The position numbers and the translations under genes were made by a program. Positions 62,992 through 64,000 of a stretch of DNA of 64,000 bases are shown piece after piece. Location: the NCBI GenBank assembly GCA_018715265.1, contig DVLX01000026.1, positions 235 to 64,234 of the forward strand, written 5' to 3'. The DNA comes from Candidatus Allocopromorpha excrementavium (GTDB taxonomy: Bacteria > Bacillota > Clostridia > Peptostreptococcales > Anaerovoracaceae). Numbering within the stretch: position 1 is the first letter of the stretch; each line of letters starts with the position of its first letter. The notes under the pieces are model-generated. The model was not told where the DNA came from and searched no databases. It saw only the letters and a program-made list of their open reading frames with translations.

Positions 62992-64000
62992 ATGATAAAA
63001 CGTCTTCAAAAAAGATATGCTCTATCTGAGCAGGGAGCAAAAGATCTGGTGAAGGGCTGCCTTGCCTGTGTCCTTCAGAATCTTTCCTTTATGTTTCCGG
63101 TAGGCCTTCTATATTTTCTGGTGGCCGATCTGATGAACGGAAGTGTTGCAAGCGAAAAAAGCGCATACTATATAATCGGCTGTGCAGTATGCTTATGTCT
63201 TATTCTGTTCACCACTTATATACAATATAATGCTACCTATTTCGCCACTTATACAGAAAGCGGCGTAAGACGTATAACGCTGGCCGAACGACTGCGAAAA
63301 ATCCCACTGTCTTTTTTCGGGAAAAAGGATCTTGCCGATCTGACCAGTACGATCATGGCGGACTGCACCTTTTTAGAACAAAGCTTTTCTCACTTCATCC
63401 CTGAGCTTGCAGGATCTATCATCTCTACGATCCTGATCTCCATCAGTTTATTTGTTTTCGACTGGCGTATGGCGTTGGCAGCGCTTTGGGTAATGCCGGT
63501 CGCCTTTGCCATTGTAGGCTTTTCTTCAAAAGTACAGGAAAAACTCAATCAAAAAGCCATGGATGTAAAAATGGCCTGCGCCGACGGGATCCAGGAATGT
63601 ATCGAAACAGTACAGGATCTAAAAGCCAACAATGCCGAAAAAGAATATCTGCGCGGGCTGGAAAAGAAGATACGTGCAGTGGAGCACCGTTCTATCCTGA
63701 ACGAATTCGGCATTGCAGTCTTTGTGGTTTCCGCCTCATTGGTACTGAAGCTGGGGATCGCCACAGTTGCTCTTGCAGGCTCCATACTCCTGATAAAAGG
63801 CAGTCTGGATCTGATAACCTTTTTCCTGTTCTTATTAGTTGTGTCCCGACTATATGATCCGCTCCAGGGAGCTCTTCAAAATCTGGCAGCTGTAATAAGT
63901 ACACGCACCAATATCGCCCGTATGAATGAGATCCTCGATCATCCTGTACAGCATGGCGATAACAAGCTTTCCAACAAAGGCTATGATATAGTCTTCGATC
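62992..64000 (+). CDS. Second ABC exporter half transporter (TM domain; 3' end outside the window)
   Basis: The ATG at 62992 is preceded by AAGGAGG. The frame stays open to the window end by manual translation (MIKRLQKRYALSEQGAKDLVKGCLACVLQN...). It is not in the ORF track because no stop is reached. Confidence 0.8.
   Translation, partial: MIKRLQKRYALSEQGAKDLVKGCLACVLQNLSFMFPVGLLYFLVADLMNGSVASEKSAYYIIGCAVCLCLILFTTYIQYNATYFATYTESGVRRITLAERLRKIPLSFFGKKDLADLTSTIMADCTFLEQSFSHFIPELAGSIISTILISISLFVFDWRMALAALWVMPVAFAIVGFSSKVQEKLNQKAMDVKMACADGIQECIETVQDLKANNAEKEYLRGLEKKIRAVEHRSILNEFGIAVFVVSASLVLKLGIATVALAGSILLIKGSLDLITFFLFLLVVSRLYDPLQGALQNLAAVISTRTNIARMNEILDHPVQHGDNKLSNKGYDIVFD

Overview
This 64 kb window looks like a mid-GC Firmicutes (Clostridia-type) chromosomal segment. 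That reading rests on gene content, AGGAGG-type ribosome-binding sites (RBS), frequent ATGA/4-11 nt gene overlaps and the sporulation genes yabP/yabQ. I support about 65 protein-coding genes, mostly on the minus strand. I saw no rRNA, tRNA, CRISPR array, transposase or integrase.

Gene content, left to right:
- ilvB-ilvN-ilvC-ilvD (branched-chain amino acid biosynthesis).
- A divergent aldo/keto reductase and LysR regulator pair.
- DUF3842-larB-larC::larE::GNAT, a nickel-pincer nucleotide (NPN) cofactor module with no LarA-like enzyme in the window.
- An SPFH (Band 7) membrane protein plus a ribbon-helix-helix (RHH) protein.
- An acetoacetate-decarboxylase (ADC) family protein and a lone class B sortase.
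- iorA-iorB-paaK-ACT (aryl-pyruvate oxidation).
- A four-subunit 2-oxoacid:ferredoxin oxidoreductase.
- ybaK, a GNAT acetyltransferase, a GH25-LysM muramidase, a flavoprotein and an LtaS-like enzyme.
- rsmA-rnmV-divIC-yabQ-yabP.
- Three translationally coupled small membrane-anchored ORFs of unknown function.
- A long minus-strand run: yybS, gdpP-like, rplI, dnaB, a DnaD-like gene and a giant M23/LysM/G5 peptidase.
- An accessory-looking, lower-GC stretch: a histidine kinase interrupted by an in-frame TAG, a response regulator and second kinase, two convergent Na+/solute symporter + DUF3311-like pairs, an aldo/keto reductase with Fe-S domain, and a regulator / kinase / small membrane protein / orphan regulator block.
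- rpsF-ssb-rpsR.
- A MATE efflux pump, an Fe-alcohol dehydrogenase, two tandem DeoR paralogues, a secreted hypothetical protein and a glucosaminidase.
- TetR plus a two-gene ABC exporter, the second gene running off the window end.

The most unusual items are:
- the orphan Lar module, with its triple-domain fusion and a cysteine pattern suggesting an Fe-S-type LarE;
- the kinase with a stop codon three codons before its phospho-accepting histidine;
- the apparently leaderless three-gene membrane-protein cluster;
- the SPFH-RHH operon, with a consensus promoter, an 11-bp-phased operator-like repeat and a G9 tract.

All functional calls come from reading motifs by eye. No database search was run.
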